Assembly (NCBI GenBank): GCA_002269645.1
Contig: NIVC01001551.1
Span: 1-64,000 of the forward strand
From: Macrostomum lignano
Lineage: Eukaryota
Direction of reading: 5' to 3'
Length of the DNA stretch: 64,000 bases
A model generated the notes under the pieces. The model was not told where the DNA came from, ran no database searches, and saw nothing but the letters and a program-made list of their open reading frames with translations. Numbering within the stretch: position 1 is the first letter of the stretch; each line of letters opens with the position of its first letter. The position numbers and the translations under genes were made by a program. Below are positions 1-11,214 of the stretch, in pieces.

Positions 1-618
1 TTCATGTTCTGTCTCACGCCTCCAATCTCCTCTCCATTCTCCATCTGGCATTCCTCACTTGCATTTGTTCTCATATCACTCCTGTCTCCCCCTCTTCTCT
101 CTTCTCTACCCCCTCTCTTCTCTTCTCTCTTATCTCACCCTCTCCCTCTCTTCTCTCTACCTCCCTTCTCCCTTCTCTCTCCTCCTCTCTTCTCTCACCC
201 TCTCCCCCCTCTCTCTTCTCTCTCCCCTCTCTTCTCTCCCACTCTCCACTCCTCTTCTCCGCTCTCCCATCTCTTCTTCCCCCTTCCCCCTGCCTCTCTT
301 CTCTTCTCTCTCCCGCTCCGCTCCCCCTCTCCCTCTCCCCTCTCCCCTCTCCCTCTCCCCTCTCCCTCTCCCCTCTCCCCTCTCCCCTCTCTTCTCTCTT
401 CTCTCTCCCCTCTCCCCTCCCCCGTCTCTCTCCCCCTTTCCCCTCTTCTTCTCTCTTCTCTCCCCTCTCCGCTCCTCTCTCCGCTCTCCATCTCTTCCCC
501 CCCCTCTGCCCTCTCCCCTCTCTTTTCTCTTCTCTCTTCTCTCTCCCCCTCCCCTCTCTTCTCTTCTCTCCCCTCTCCCCTCCTCCCATCTCTTCTCTCC
601 CCCTCTTTCACTGCACAG
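1..618. repeat. CT-rich low-complexity tract, intronic in the TIA-1-like gene
   Basis: Near-pure C/T sequence; overlapping L/S/P and E/R/G ORFs are compositional artefacts. Confidence 0.95.
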
Positions 619-959
619 TCCTGAATCCGCGCCCGACTCATTCTCAGATGTCGCACTTCTCACAGACACCTTTTGTAAACCCCTATCCGTGAGGTCTTAC
701 TGGTCTCATTTTCGGAAGCAGGAACTTCATCAGCAAAAAGGAGAGCAGTGGAGTGGGAAAGTGTTTGCGCGGAAACGAAGGAGGTTCTAAAGAGCCCCCC
801 TGGCTGTCCAAACAGAGCTGGGAGCCTCGGGCTTAGAAATTGAAGGAGAAATAAGTAATCTGAGACTTTCTGCTTTCACGCGAGTTTCAGGAGCTGTCGG
901 CTGAATACGAGCCTCATACCCTGTCCTGTCCTCATCCTGGAGTTTGAGAGGGCACTCAC

Positions 960-1047
960 GTGACAACACCGAAAACGGAGAAGGCCTCCTTTAACTGGTG
1001 CGACTCAACGTCTGGCGCCAGGTCGCCAACGAATATGTGGTGATGAC
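960..1047 (-). CDS. TIA1: TIA-1/TIAR-like RNA-binding protein, exon encoding the start of RRM2
   Basis: ctccag|GT CAT CAC CAC ATA TTC GTT GGC GAC CTG...GTC AC|gtgagt = HHHIFVGDLAPDVESHQLKEAFSVFGVV, matching TIA-1 RRM2 HFHVFVGDLSPEI...AF..FG. Gene continues beyond the left edge. Confidence 0.85.
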
Positions 1048-1089
1048 CTGGAGAGAAGAGAGTTGGTGGTGCGGGGTGAATGGCTGTTT

Positions 1090-1285
1090 ATGCTAGACTA
1101 GCAATCCATTCTATTCCTTCATCCAAAATTAACTACCTAAGTAGTCCACACGCTAGATTAGCAATCCACATGCAATCCACACGCTAGACTAGCAATCCAC
1201 TCGCTAGACTAGCATCCACTCGCTAGACTAGCAATCTACATTGGCTAGACTAGCAATCCACATTCGCTAGACTAGCAATCCACAT
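1090..1285. repeat. Intronic minisatellite, unit about 18-21 bp (gctagactagcaatccac)
   Basis: About 7-8 imperfect copies filling intron 1048-1299. Confidence 0.85.
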
Positions 1286-1299
1286 CGCGGCACACTCAC

Positions 1300-1369
1300 A
1301 GGTGGTGTCAATTTTGCCGCTGCCTCCAGTCCCAGACTGTCCGAGGCCCGCTGGGAAAATTTGCAGACC
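1300..1369 (-). CDS. TIA1: TIA-1-like gene, linker exon
   Basis: gacag|GGT CTG...ATT GAC ACC ACC T|gtgagt = GLQIFPAGLGQSGTGGSGKIDTT; KIDT resembles TIA-1 KKDT before RRM2; its phase-1 end joins 960-1047 in frame. Confidence 0.7.
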
Positions 1370-1742
1370 CTGTCGAAACGGTGGGACAGAACACGAATGC
1401 ATTGCAATGCTGTAATCAATGGTAAACTAATCAAAAAGGACTACATTAGTCAGAGGTCCTGGCCATTCCAGCTATGGGCTAATGACTGGTTGTTAGTTGA
1501 TAAAAGTCGAGTAACAACTAATAAAAATCGCTCGAAAACACAGGAAAGATTACGACATAATTGAATAAAATTAATATTTTATTAAATGTAACATTAAAGA
1601 TTGACAATAAAGCTTTGAAAAGCTGTCAGAAGGACACCTGTAGCGGGACGTCGAAATCAGTATTGATGGACAGCTTCGAAAATAAACAGGATATTTACGG
1701 ACGAAAGAGCTGATCGGATTACGTAAGAGAGTGAGAATACGA

Positions 1743-2680
1743 TAGAAGTAGGGAGAGAGAAGTAGACAGGATGAGAGAGAGAAGAGTAGACGGAGAGAGA
1801 GAGAGAAGTAGACAGATAGGAGAGAGAAGTAGACAGGATGAGAGAGGGGAAGACCGGATGGAGAGAAAGAAGTAGACATGATGAGAGATAAGTAGACAAG
1901 AGGGAGAGAGAAGTAGATAGAAGGGAGAGAGAAGTGGACAGGAGGGAAAGAGAAGTAGACAGGAAGGAGAGAGAAGTAGACAGGATGAGAGAGAAGTATA
2001 CAAGATGAGAGATAAGTAGACAGGAGGGAGAGAAAAGTAGACATGAGGAGAGAGAGAAGTAGACAGAATGAGAGATAAGTAGACAAGAGGGAGAGAGAGA
2101 AGTAGACAGGAGGGAGAGAGAAGTAGACAGGATGAGAGAGAGAAGTAGATATGAGGAGAGAGAAGTAGACAGGAGGGAGAGAGAAGTAGACAGGAGGAGA
2201 GAGAAGTAGACAGGAGGGAGAGAGAAGTATACAAGATGAGAGAGAGAAGTAGACAGGAGGGAGAGAGAAGTATACAAGATGAGAGAGAGAAGTAGACAGG
2301 AGGGAGAGAGAAGTAGACAGGATGAGAGAGAGAAGTAGATATGAGGAGAGAGAAGTAGACAGGAGGGAGAGAGAAGTAGACAGGAGGGAGAGAAAAGTAT
2401 ACAAGATGAGAGAGAGAAGTAGACAGGAGGGTGAGAGAAGTAGACAGGATGAGAGAGAGAAGTAGACAGAATGAGAGATAAGTAGACAAGAGGGAGAGAG
2501 AGAAGTAGACAGGAGGGAGAGAAAAGTAGACAGGAAGGAGAGAGAAGTAGACAGGATGAGAGAGAAGTATACAAGATGAGAGAGAGAAGTAGACAGGAGG
2601 GAGAGAGAAGTAGACAGGATGAGAGAGAGAAGTAGATATGAGGAGAGAGAAGTAGACAAGAGGGAGAGAGAAGTAGTCAG
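1743..2680. repeat. Intronic GA-rich minisatellite, unit about 22-24 bp (agagagaagtagacagga)
   Basis: Dozens of copies with the core agaagtagac. Confidence 0.95.
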
Positions 2681-4304
2681 GAGGCAATATACTCGCATTT
2701 TATTAGCGCATAGAAGCAAGCTGCAGCATTATTCTCCCACAGGAGAGTCATTCTTTATTGTTTAACTCCGCTCTCCGCTCCTCTCTGAGTCTCTCGACTC
2801 AGAGAAGAAGCGAAGAGCCTGTCGCAAAGGCGTTCGCATGCCGATTATTCCCAAGCCCGAGCCAGGTGGCTCCCAAGCAAGGGTAAGGGTTAAGGAGTCG
2901 ATGTTGGGGAAGCCGCTGAGCATTGAACTCCCTCCTCCCCCCCCCTCACAAAGAAATTATTCCCCTTCCACACGCGCGCTCGATCTCCTTATGCCAAAAT
3001 ACGAATATCCCTTTCCAATAAAGGCAGCAGCAGCTGTTTTCTCGGGAGCCTAGCGCCCTGGCGCAACCCCCCCTCCGCCTCCTCCAGACCTCCTGAAGGT
3101 GCAGAACAGCCAGTCCTGCTGCGCGCCGCCCGAGACACATGGGGAGCGCAAGTTACACGCAATTTATGGTGAGGGACTCGCCTGTTCTAGACTCTCTCTC
3201 TCTCTCTCTCTCTGCATGCTCGGGGTTTTGCCCAAGTTCGTTTTTTTTCTTCAATTTGAATTTCTTAAACGGCATATAAAGTTAGACAACTGTGCCGGGT
3301 TAAGGTAAAAGGCAACGAATGAAAGATCCAGGGCGTGTCGATTCTCCCCCTACCGTGAGGCCTCTCTCTGGCGCCCCCCTGGCCCATTGGCGAATACGGG
3401 ATGGGGTGTGCAGTGTGTGTGTCTAGCCAAGCACTGGATATGGGGCCACTCTAGATCCCTCGCACTCATTCACTCACTGAGCTACTTGACTCAGGGGCGA
3501 AGCTGATAATTGGCGGCATTCGCACTTGACAAGTTTCTTCTCAGTGTGACGCTGGAGGGCTGTGGGCCATCCTGGCGTCAGGACTGGGACTGCCTATGCA
3601 AGTGGGCGCTTGTTTAGATTGCCGACTAAGCATGGCAGGGGCGCGTTGCTAGCAGCATCACCAACAGTTACAATTAGGCCAACATCAAGCCTAACCATTC
3701 TTCCAAATTCTTTTTTCTCCCTACATCTAAGTGGCAAGGAATTTAGAGAGTATTTTTGAGGAGTTTTTGTCGTCAAGAATGGGAAGACCTCTCTCTTTCT
3801 GTAGTTCTCATCTTCCTTGCCTAGTGCTGCCGCTCCATCACCGTCAGGCTTTGACTCAGGATGCTGGGTCCGGTGGGTCTGGCTGAATTATTGATACCAA
3901 ATTCTCTGAGCAGTTTTGGCTGGCGGCTTGCAGAGGATGGGGCTGGAGGCTGAATCAATATTTTATTGAGGCGGCCAGCATCTCTGAGGGAGACCAGGAG
4001 AGAGGCAGAAAAGATGGGAGCCTGTTATGCCAGCAGCCGGGTAGCTGATGAATTATTTATTTGAGTGGGAAAGCTGGCAAGGCCGGGATGAGGCCCGCTC
4101 AGCCTCCCGCGGAGTCTGCAAGCTGTGGGAGGAGACTGCATGCCAAATGCCGCGCCCAGAAAATATGGGGGGGGAGAATTTCTCGGCAGGATGCGTTGCC
4201 AATCAGAGTGACGTGGCTGGGTGGGGGGGTCTGCACTTCTGATTCAAAAAGTTGCCACCCGGAATATTGCTCTGTTGTCTAGCGGTCAATTCAGGTCAGC
4301 AACC

Positions 4305-4985
4305 TGAGAGAGTCAGGACCAGGGAGAGAGTCAGGACCAGGGAGAGAGACAGGATCAGGGAGAGTCAGGACCAGGGAAAGAGTCAGGATCAGGGAGAGTC
4401 AGGACCAGGGAGAGAGTCAGGACCAGGGAGAGAGTCAGGACCAGGGAGAGAGTCAGGATCAGGGAGAGTCAGGACCAGGGAGAGTCAGGATCAGGGAGAG
4501 TCAGGACCAGGGAGAGAGTCAGGACCAGGGAGAGAGTCAGGATAGGGAGAGTCAGGACCAGGGAGAGTCAGGATCAGGGAGAGTCAGGACCAGGGAGAGA
4601 GTCAGGATCAGGGAGAGTCAGGACCAGGGAGAGAGTCAGGACCAGGGAGAGAGTCAGGACCAGGGAGAGAGTCAGGACCAGGGAGAGAGTCAGGACCAGG
4701 GAGAGAGTCAGGATCAGGGAGAGTCAGGACCAGGGAGAGAGTCTGGACCAAGAAGAGTCAGGACCAGCGAGAATCAGGACCAGCGAGAGTCAGGATAGGG
4801 AGAGTCAGGACAGGGATAGTCAGGACCAGCGAGAATCAGGACCAGCGAGAGTCAGGACCAGCGAGAATCAGGACCAGCGAGAGTCAGGACCAGCGAGAAT
4901 CAGGACCAGCGGGAATCAGGACCAGCGAGAGTCAGGATCGAGTCAGGACCAAGCAGAGAGAATCGGTCCCAGGGAGAGTCAGTGA
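4305..4985. repeat. Intronic minisatellite, unit 18-20 bp (cagggagagagtcaggac)
   Basis: More than 30 tandem copies, degenerating rightwards. Confidence 0.95.
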
Positions 4986-5349
4986 GGGAGTGGCGAACCG
5001 GATTTACCAGATGGAGTAGAGAGGAAATTCTGGCATATTTAAAAATTTGCCTTGATTAAAGAGGAATTAACTGATTAATTGTCTCACAGAAGAAAACTTA
5101 TCGCAGATTAATATTTAGTAATCAAGTAATCAATTAATTAAGAGAAAAGAAATTAGAAAAAAAACTATTACAGAAAATAATTATTCGGTGGGGGGGTTCG
5201 GATGGACTATATATAGGAAACTCGAATATTAAACAGGTAAGCAATCAAACTGTATTAATTAATAAGCAACATGAGTTAATAAGTATTTGAGTATTTGATT
5301 TTGAAAAAATAAATTTGTATTTGTAGGCTCGTCGGCATTCTTCAAAGAG

Positions 5350-5358
5350 AATTAAGAG

Positions 5359-5412
<54 letters not shown>
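5350..5412. repeat. (GA)n microsatellite
   Basis: Direct reading. Confidence 0.95.
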
Positions 5413-5416
<4 letters not shown>

Positions 5417-5612
5417 TCGAGTACTTACTGACCGGTCAGGAACACCCGCTTTTAACAGCCCTGTGACCGGGAATAACAGGTACGTAAGCACAGGTATAAT
5501 AACAATGGATTCTGTCTAAAAATTCTGTCTTCAGCTCTTTAAACGCATTTTTTGAGTAACAGACAATCTGAAAGTAAAATCTTGGCTGCAGGTCTTCGAA
5601 ACTCGATTAATC

Positions 5613-5745
5613 CATGTCTACTTCTCAGTGTCTCAGTCTTACCGATCTATATCTACTTCTTAGCCTACCGATCTATATCTACTTCTTAGCCTACCGATCT
5701 ATATCTACTTCTCAGTGTCTCAGCCTTATCTGTGTCTACTTCTCT
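5613..5745. repeat. Short array, unit about 25 bp, core tctacttct
   Basis: ctaccgatctatatctacttcttag-type copies; core is the reverse complement of the 1743-2680 core. Confidence 0.8.
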
Positions 5746-5826
5746 TGATTGCTCGCAATCTTTCAAGCCAACTTCTCAATGGCTCATTTCTGCCACTCAG
5801 CAACTGAGCTGCTCACAGCCTCTCAC

Positions 5827-6084
5827 CTTGTTCAGCGGTACCCCGGTCAGGGCTCCCGGATTTGCGTAGCCGCCGCCTCCGCCGCCGCCGCCAGTGTAGG
5901 CCGCCAGAGCCGCTCCGGTCGGGCTGCCGGCCAGCAGAGCCGCCGCCGCCGCCGCAGTCGCCGCCGAATTCTGGCCGCCGACGCCGCCGGCGCTGGTCGG
6001 ACCGCCAGCAGCGGCGGCAGCGGCCGGATTAGCGGCGTTATAAGCGGCGGCGCCCTGCGGCAGCATGACGAGTTCGTACAGCAT
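5827..6084 (-). CDS. TIA1: TIA-1-like gene, probable first coding exon (Ala/Gly-rich N-terminus)
   Basis: ATG at 6084 (or 6066), MLYELVMLPQGAAAYNAAN...GVPLNK|gtgaga; phase-0 donor is compatible with exon 1300-1369. Confidence 0.65.
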
Positions 6085-7477
6085 GCTGGGGAGTCGGTTC
6101 TCAAGCACGGTGCCTTCCGGAGTTTTGCGCTCAACCCCTTAGCTTACGGATTAGCGGGGCAGAGAAAGTTGCGAAGTTAGAGAAGCGAGAGGCCGCCGCG
6201 CCGCTGCTTTATCCCGGATGCGCTGCCTCCAGAAACCAGAGCCAGCCAATGACAGCGTCGTGTTGAGGGAATTGTAAGGCCCGTGCAGTCTTTGTGGCTC
6301 CTGCTGGGCAAGGCAAGTTCGGCCTCTGAGGTCTGTCCGTCCCGCCGCTTGAGGCGCCGCTTGCAACAAGTTGAGAGCTGACTGGCTGGCTGGCTGGGAC
6401 GCGAGGAAATGGGAAGAGAATTGAGCTGGCGGCACAAGCGGCTGAGCCAAGGAGTCTTAGAACCAGGGCAGGAGTCTGGAGTGACTTCTCTTCCAGTCAG
6501 TTTAAATGCAGTCTATCAGTTTACACACAAAAAATTGAAATCTTCCAAACTATAAGCGTCGCAAGGTTGTTTTGACACCGATTCCCAGTTTCACGAAAAT
6601 ACACATAGAGAGTAAAAACACGACGCCTGGCTTCAGGTGTCTTGAGTTGCCAGCCCAGCCCTCTGGCTCTGGCACTCCTTGCCCCGGACTGAGAGGGCAG
6701 GGTAGAGAAACTCAGTTCCGCCCTGAACACAGGGAGGCAGTGCAGGGCCTGGGGAAGCGGGCTGGGCTGGAGTTGAGGAGAACACTAACCAACAAGTCCC
6801 GAAGCAGTTCTAAGGGATTAACTTGGAGCTGGCAGGGGGAGGGCGGGCAAAAAAGAATTGGAAATTTGTTGGAAGTTAAACTGCACAAGCTGCCTGCATG
6901 ACAGGTGAATTGTAGCGCCCCGATCGGCTTAGCAGATAGAGAGTGGGGAAAGAATAGAGAGATAGCTACAGAAACAGGCGGTGGAGTGGCGCAACTCGCA
7001 GGGGATCATGCAGTTGCTGTCAGATCGATATTATATGCCTGACAGCCGCTCGTGACTGCAGACTCGAGAGCGATCTGGCAGCGCCTGTATAGTTTTTCCG
7101 TTCAAGAGTATTTTTAAATTGAATTCGCGTTATCATGGCATTGCATGCAGCTACAATGCGACTCCGATCATTTTTACTGGCACAAATAAAATGGAAGCGT
7201 TGATCGTCCATCTATTGTTTCAATATAAAGAAGTCAATAATGGACCACACGGCAATTCAAAATTTCAAACAGCGCAACAATATGACAGCCTTTGACTCTG
7301 ACAAGTTCTCATTCTCAAAATTCCTCTTCCAGCCTTTGTCCGAAGCTTCTTTTTCTCTGTAACCTTGCTTTGGCATCGTTGGGATAGCTCTAGCTCTTAT
7401 ACTGTATTTCGCAAATATTGAGTTTTAATAAATTCCAGGTGTTCAAGGTTTTTACCGTACAGAGCATGAGCACCCTG

Positions 7478-7478
7478 C

Positions 7479-7531
<53 letters not shown>

Positions 7532-7680
7532 CACAGACAGACACACACACACACACACACACAGACAGACACACACACAGACACACAGACACGCACACAG
7601 ACACACAGACAGACAGACAGACAGACAGACACACACACACACACACACACACAGACACACAGACACGCACACAGACACAC
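7478..7680. repeat. Compound (GACA)n/(CA)n microsatellite
   Basis: Direct reading. Confidence 0.95.
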
Positions 7681-8744
7681 TGACAGCGGATAATTTGAGA
7701 GTAAATGACCAACGCAGCAAAGGCAGCAGCAAATTGAATACTCAATCAAATTCTAACAGCGATCAGAGGTCGGTATAAGAAAATCTACGAACGCAATCAA
7801 TCAAATCGAACTAAGGACCGCGCCGCTGGCTACAAAGAAAGATTATTATATTTTTATTTTATTCAGACCAAACAATATCATTCCAAATAAGAGCTACAGC
7901 TAGCAAGCGGGGGGGGGAGAGCCGGGGTGACACTGCAGAACGCGCACTGCAGACTCAATTTGGTACAAAGCTAATGAATAGGGAAAAGTGCGCTAAATGA
8001 ATGACTTATTAATGGGTTAATGGCGTACACTCTGAAAAATTCAAATTATCAATCAATCAAGCAAAACTATCAATCTATCAACAGAATAAAAGATAAAAAA
8101 AGCCAACTTCGCGCCAGAAACACTCGGCCTGCACTGCAAAACAGATAAATTTATCAACTTATGCGCAAACACACTACTAACAAAAAATAAAGTGGCAAGT
8201 AGTGCGTCAGCAAACAGGCATTAGAAATTTCAATAATAATAAGTCTATCTAGCATTTCAACGGTCGAGCGAAAATAATGATAAAGAGGGATCATACTTTT
8301 GGTAGCAAAAATCGTGTTAGTAAAGAATGGGGGGGAGCGTTTAAAGAGCAATCAAAGTTTGACAGTTATGCGCGGGCAGGCTTCAACTATAATTGATTAA
8401 GATCTATAGAAAATCTAAAGAAAAAACAATAGAAAAAAAGATTCACTAAACTAAAGTGCATCATCTATTTTGTTGGCGGAATTGTAAAACTAGAAAGAGT
8501 CAATAGATCTTAACTAAATCGGTAGGCGCCAACTGTCAATTGTCAACTAACTAAACAGCGCTAATGCCAGTTGGTTCGCAAATTTAAAAATAGAACTAAA
8601 TAAACAACACGTGAGCAAAATATTATTCCATCCACAAATATTTAACCAATGCCGAATCAGTGATGTTAGCACAAACATTTAACCGAAACAAGAAACCATT
8701 GCTATGTGTATCCAAAGTAAACAATCGTGTTTCTAAGCGTACAC

Positions 8745-9095
8745 GTAAAACTTCCCGTTGCTAAGCGTATCCAAGGCAAAACTTTCCGTTGCTAAGCGTA
8801 TCCAAGGTAAGAATTTCCGTTGCTAAGCGTATCCAAGGAAAAACTTTCCGTTGCTAAGCGTATCCAAGGTAAGACTTTCCGTTGCTAAGCGTATCCAAGG
8901 TAAGACTTTCCGTTGCTAAGCGTATCCAAGGTAAAACTTTCCGTTGCTAAGCGTATCCAAGGTAAAAATTCCCGTTGCTAAGCGTATCCAAGGTAAAACT
9001 TCCCGTTGCTAAGCGTATCCAAGGTAAAATTTCCCGTTGCTAAGCGTCTCTAAGGTAAAACTTCCGTTGCTAAGCGTCTCTAAGGTCCCGTTGCA
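8745..9095. repeat. 31-bp minisatellite (gttgctaagcgtatccaaggtaaaacttccc), about 11 copies, just 3' of the glycogen synthase stop
   Basis: Tandem copies with no unique spacers. Confidence 0.95.
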
Positions 9096-9189
9096 AATTT
9101 CAAACCAAGCAAAAAGATCCATGATTTATAAAAAACCGCCCTCTCTCTTTGAGTACTCCACAGAAGTCCTGCTCGCCGCTCAGCTCAGC

Positions 9190-9609
9190 TCAGTTGGACC
9201 GGGACGACAGCTCGGCCCGTTCGGCGTCCTCGTCGACTTCGTCTTCGCTGCTAACCGCGCCAGCCCCGGTGCCGGTGTCGCCCTCGTCGTCGCTGCCAGG
9301 ATTGCTGTGATGCGGAGTCGAGGCCCGGCTGCCCATCGGGCTGGCCACGGCCGACAGCGGCCGGCTCAGGATGATCGACGACGGGCCTTTGCCGGTGCCG
9401 ACTCCGGCGCCGCCGACCTCGCGGACTGAGTCCTTGAACAGGGCCGGGTGGGTGGCGGACACGGCCGCCAGTCTGGCTTTGCGATAATAGATGGCCAGAT
9501 TTTTCCAGTCGAGCAATTCGCTGAGCCGCTCGGTCCGATTGCGCAAAATGATGCGCTGGCGCCGGTTCAACTGGGTGAAGTCGAACATGAACTGGGCGAG
9601 CTGCTGCAC
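9190..9609 (-). CDS. GYS: Glycogen synthase exon 6 (last)
   Basis: ccgcag|VQQLAQFMFDF...RQRIILRNRTERLSELLDW...RPLSAVASPMGSRASTPHHSNPGSDDE...stop; conserved RQRI.RNRTERLS.LLDW and C-terminal phospho-cluster. Confidence 0.95.
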   Translation of the reverse strand: MQQLAQFMFDFTQLNRRQRIILRNRTERLSELLDWKNLAIYYRKARLAAVSATHPALFKDSVREVGGAGVGTGKGPSSIILSRPLSAVASPMGSRASTPHHSNPGSDDEGDTGTGAGAVSSEDEVDEDAERAELSSRSN

Positions 9610-9654
9610 CTGCGGACCGGAATGGGAGCGGCGATGGGTTGGATTATTGTGTGC

Positions 9655-9935
9655 AGATATGATTATCATGAGTCAGATATATGATTGTCATGAGTCAGAT
9701 ATATGATTATCATGAGTCAGATATATGATTGTCATGAGTCAGATATATGATTATCATGAGTCAGATATATGATTATCATGAGTCAGATATATGATTATCA
9801 TGAGTCAGATATATGATTATCATGAGTCAGATATATGATTATCATGAGTCAGATATATGATTATCATGAGTCAGATATATGATTATCATGAGTCAGATAT
9901 ATGATTTATTGAAGTCAGAAATATGATTTATTGAA
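9655..9935. repeat. 22-bp intronic minisatellite (atatgattatcatgagtcagat)
   Basis: About 12 copies in GYS intron 5. Confidence 0.95.
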
Positions 9936-9944
9936 GTGAGAATT

Positions 9945-10535
9945 TTGATTATCATGGAGGTGATGATCATGGGGTGATGATCATGGGGTGATGATCATGG
10001 GGGGTGATGATCATGGGGGTGATGATCATGGGGGTGATGATCATGGGGGTGATGATCATGGGGGTGATGATCATGGGGTGATGATCATGGGGGTTGATGA
10101 TCATGGGGGTTGATGATCATGGGGTGATGATCATGGAGGTGATGATCATGGGGTGATGATCATGGGGGTGATGATCATGGGGGGTGATGATCATGGGGGT
10201 GATGATCATGGGGGGTGATGATCATGGGGGTGATGATCATGGGGGTTGATGATCATGGGGGTTGATGATCACGGGGGTGATGATCATGGGGTGATGATCA
10301 TGGGGGTGATTATCATGGTGGTGATTATCATGGGGGTGATGATCATGGGGGTGATTATCATGGTGGTGATGATCATGGGGGTGATGATCATGGGGGTGAT
10401 GATCATGGGGGTGATGATCATGGGGGGTGATTATCATGGTGGTGATTATCATGGTGGTGATTATCATGGAGGCTGATTATCATGGTGGTGATTATCATGG
10501 AGGCTGATTATCATGGGGGTGATGATCATAGATAA
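9945..10535. repeat. 14-16-bp intronic minisatellite (tgatgatcatggggg)
   Basis: About 40 copies with variable G-run, GYS intron 5. Confidence 0.95.
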
Positions 10536-10613
10536 CCATGAAGGTGGACACGTGGATAGATAGACCCAGCCACTGACGATAATCATCATCATAAAAAATG
10601 ATGCAGCACTAAC

Positions 10614-11072
10614 AGACTCCTCCCCGGACCGGTAGCGCCTGTCAACCACGTAGATGCCATAGCTGGCCGGATCCTCGATGTGCTGCTCCATGAAGCAGCC
10701 GAAGCCGCTGAGGTTGGTGGACACAGACGGAATGCCCAGCACGGTGCACTCAGCCGGGGTGTAGCCCCACGGCTCGTAATAGGACGGGAACACGCCCAGG
10801 TGGCAGCCGCGCACAAACTCTTCGTAGTCCATGGGCAGCAGCGGATTGCTGGAGTTCAGAAACTCGGGATGGAACACCACTTTGACGCGGTCGGAGCGAT
10901 TGTTGAATAGCTGGCAACGGCGAAGGTCGGCTAGCACGGGGTCCTTGCTGTCGTCTATGACATTGTGCGTGCATATTGGCGGCAGGTGGGTGCGGTTTGT
11001 GCCATAGACGCAGCGCTTCAACTGGACAACGTCCTCTTGGCGAAGAATGTCCTTGCCTTCGGGTATGCGGCC
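10614..11072 (-). CDS. GYS: Glycogen synthase exon 5
   Basis: gtgcag|GRIPEG...[12 protein letters not shown]...[22 protein letters not shown]...EES|gttagt; catalytic EPWGYTPAE motif. Confidence 0.97.
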
Positions 11073-11214
11073 CTGCACGGGACGCGGCAGTTTTGTGGTA
11101 ATTGTATTCATTAGGGAGAGGCTGGAGAGCGGCCAGTAGGGCGGCTTGGGGCGGATATTTACGGAGGAAAGTAAGCGCGTGGCGGTTTTTGAGTTTGGGG
11201 CGGATTTTGGGGGC

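Noticed and set aside
1010-1030. tggcgcca resembling a tRNA-Lys PBS
   Set aside because: It is the antisense of LAPD codons in the RRM exon; no LTR nearby.
4-2719. Long L/S/P- and E/R/G-rich ORFs
   Set aside because: Stop-free translations of CT/GA repeats in all frames; intronic.
8745-9095. CRISPR-like array
   Set aside because: No unique spacers, eukaryotic context, no cas genes; the same applies to every array here.
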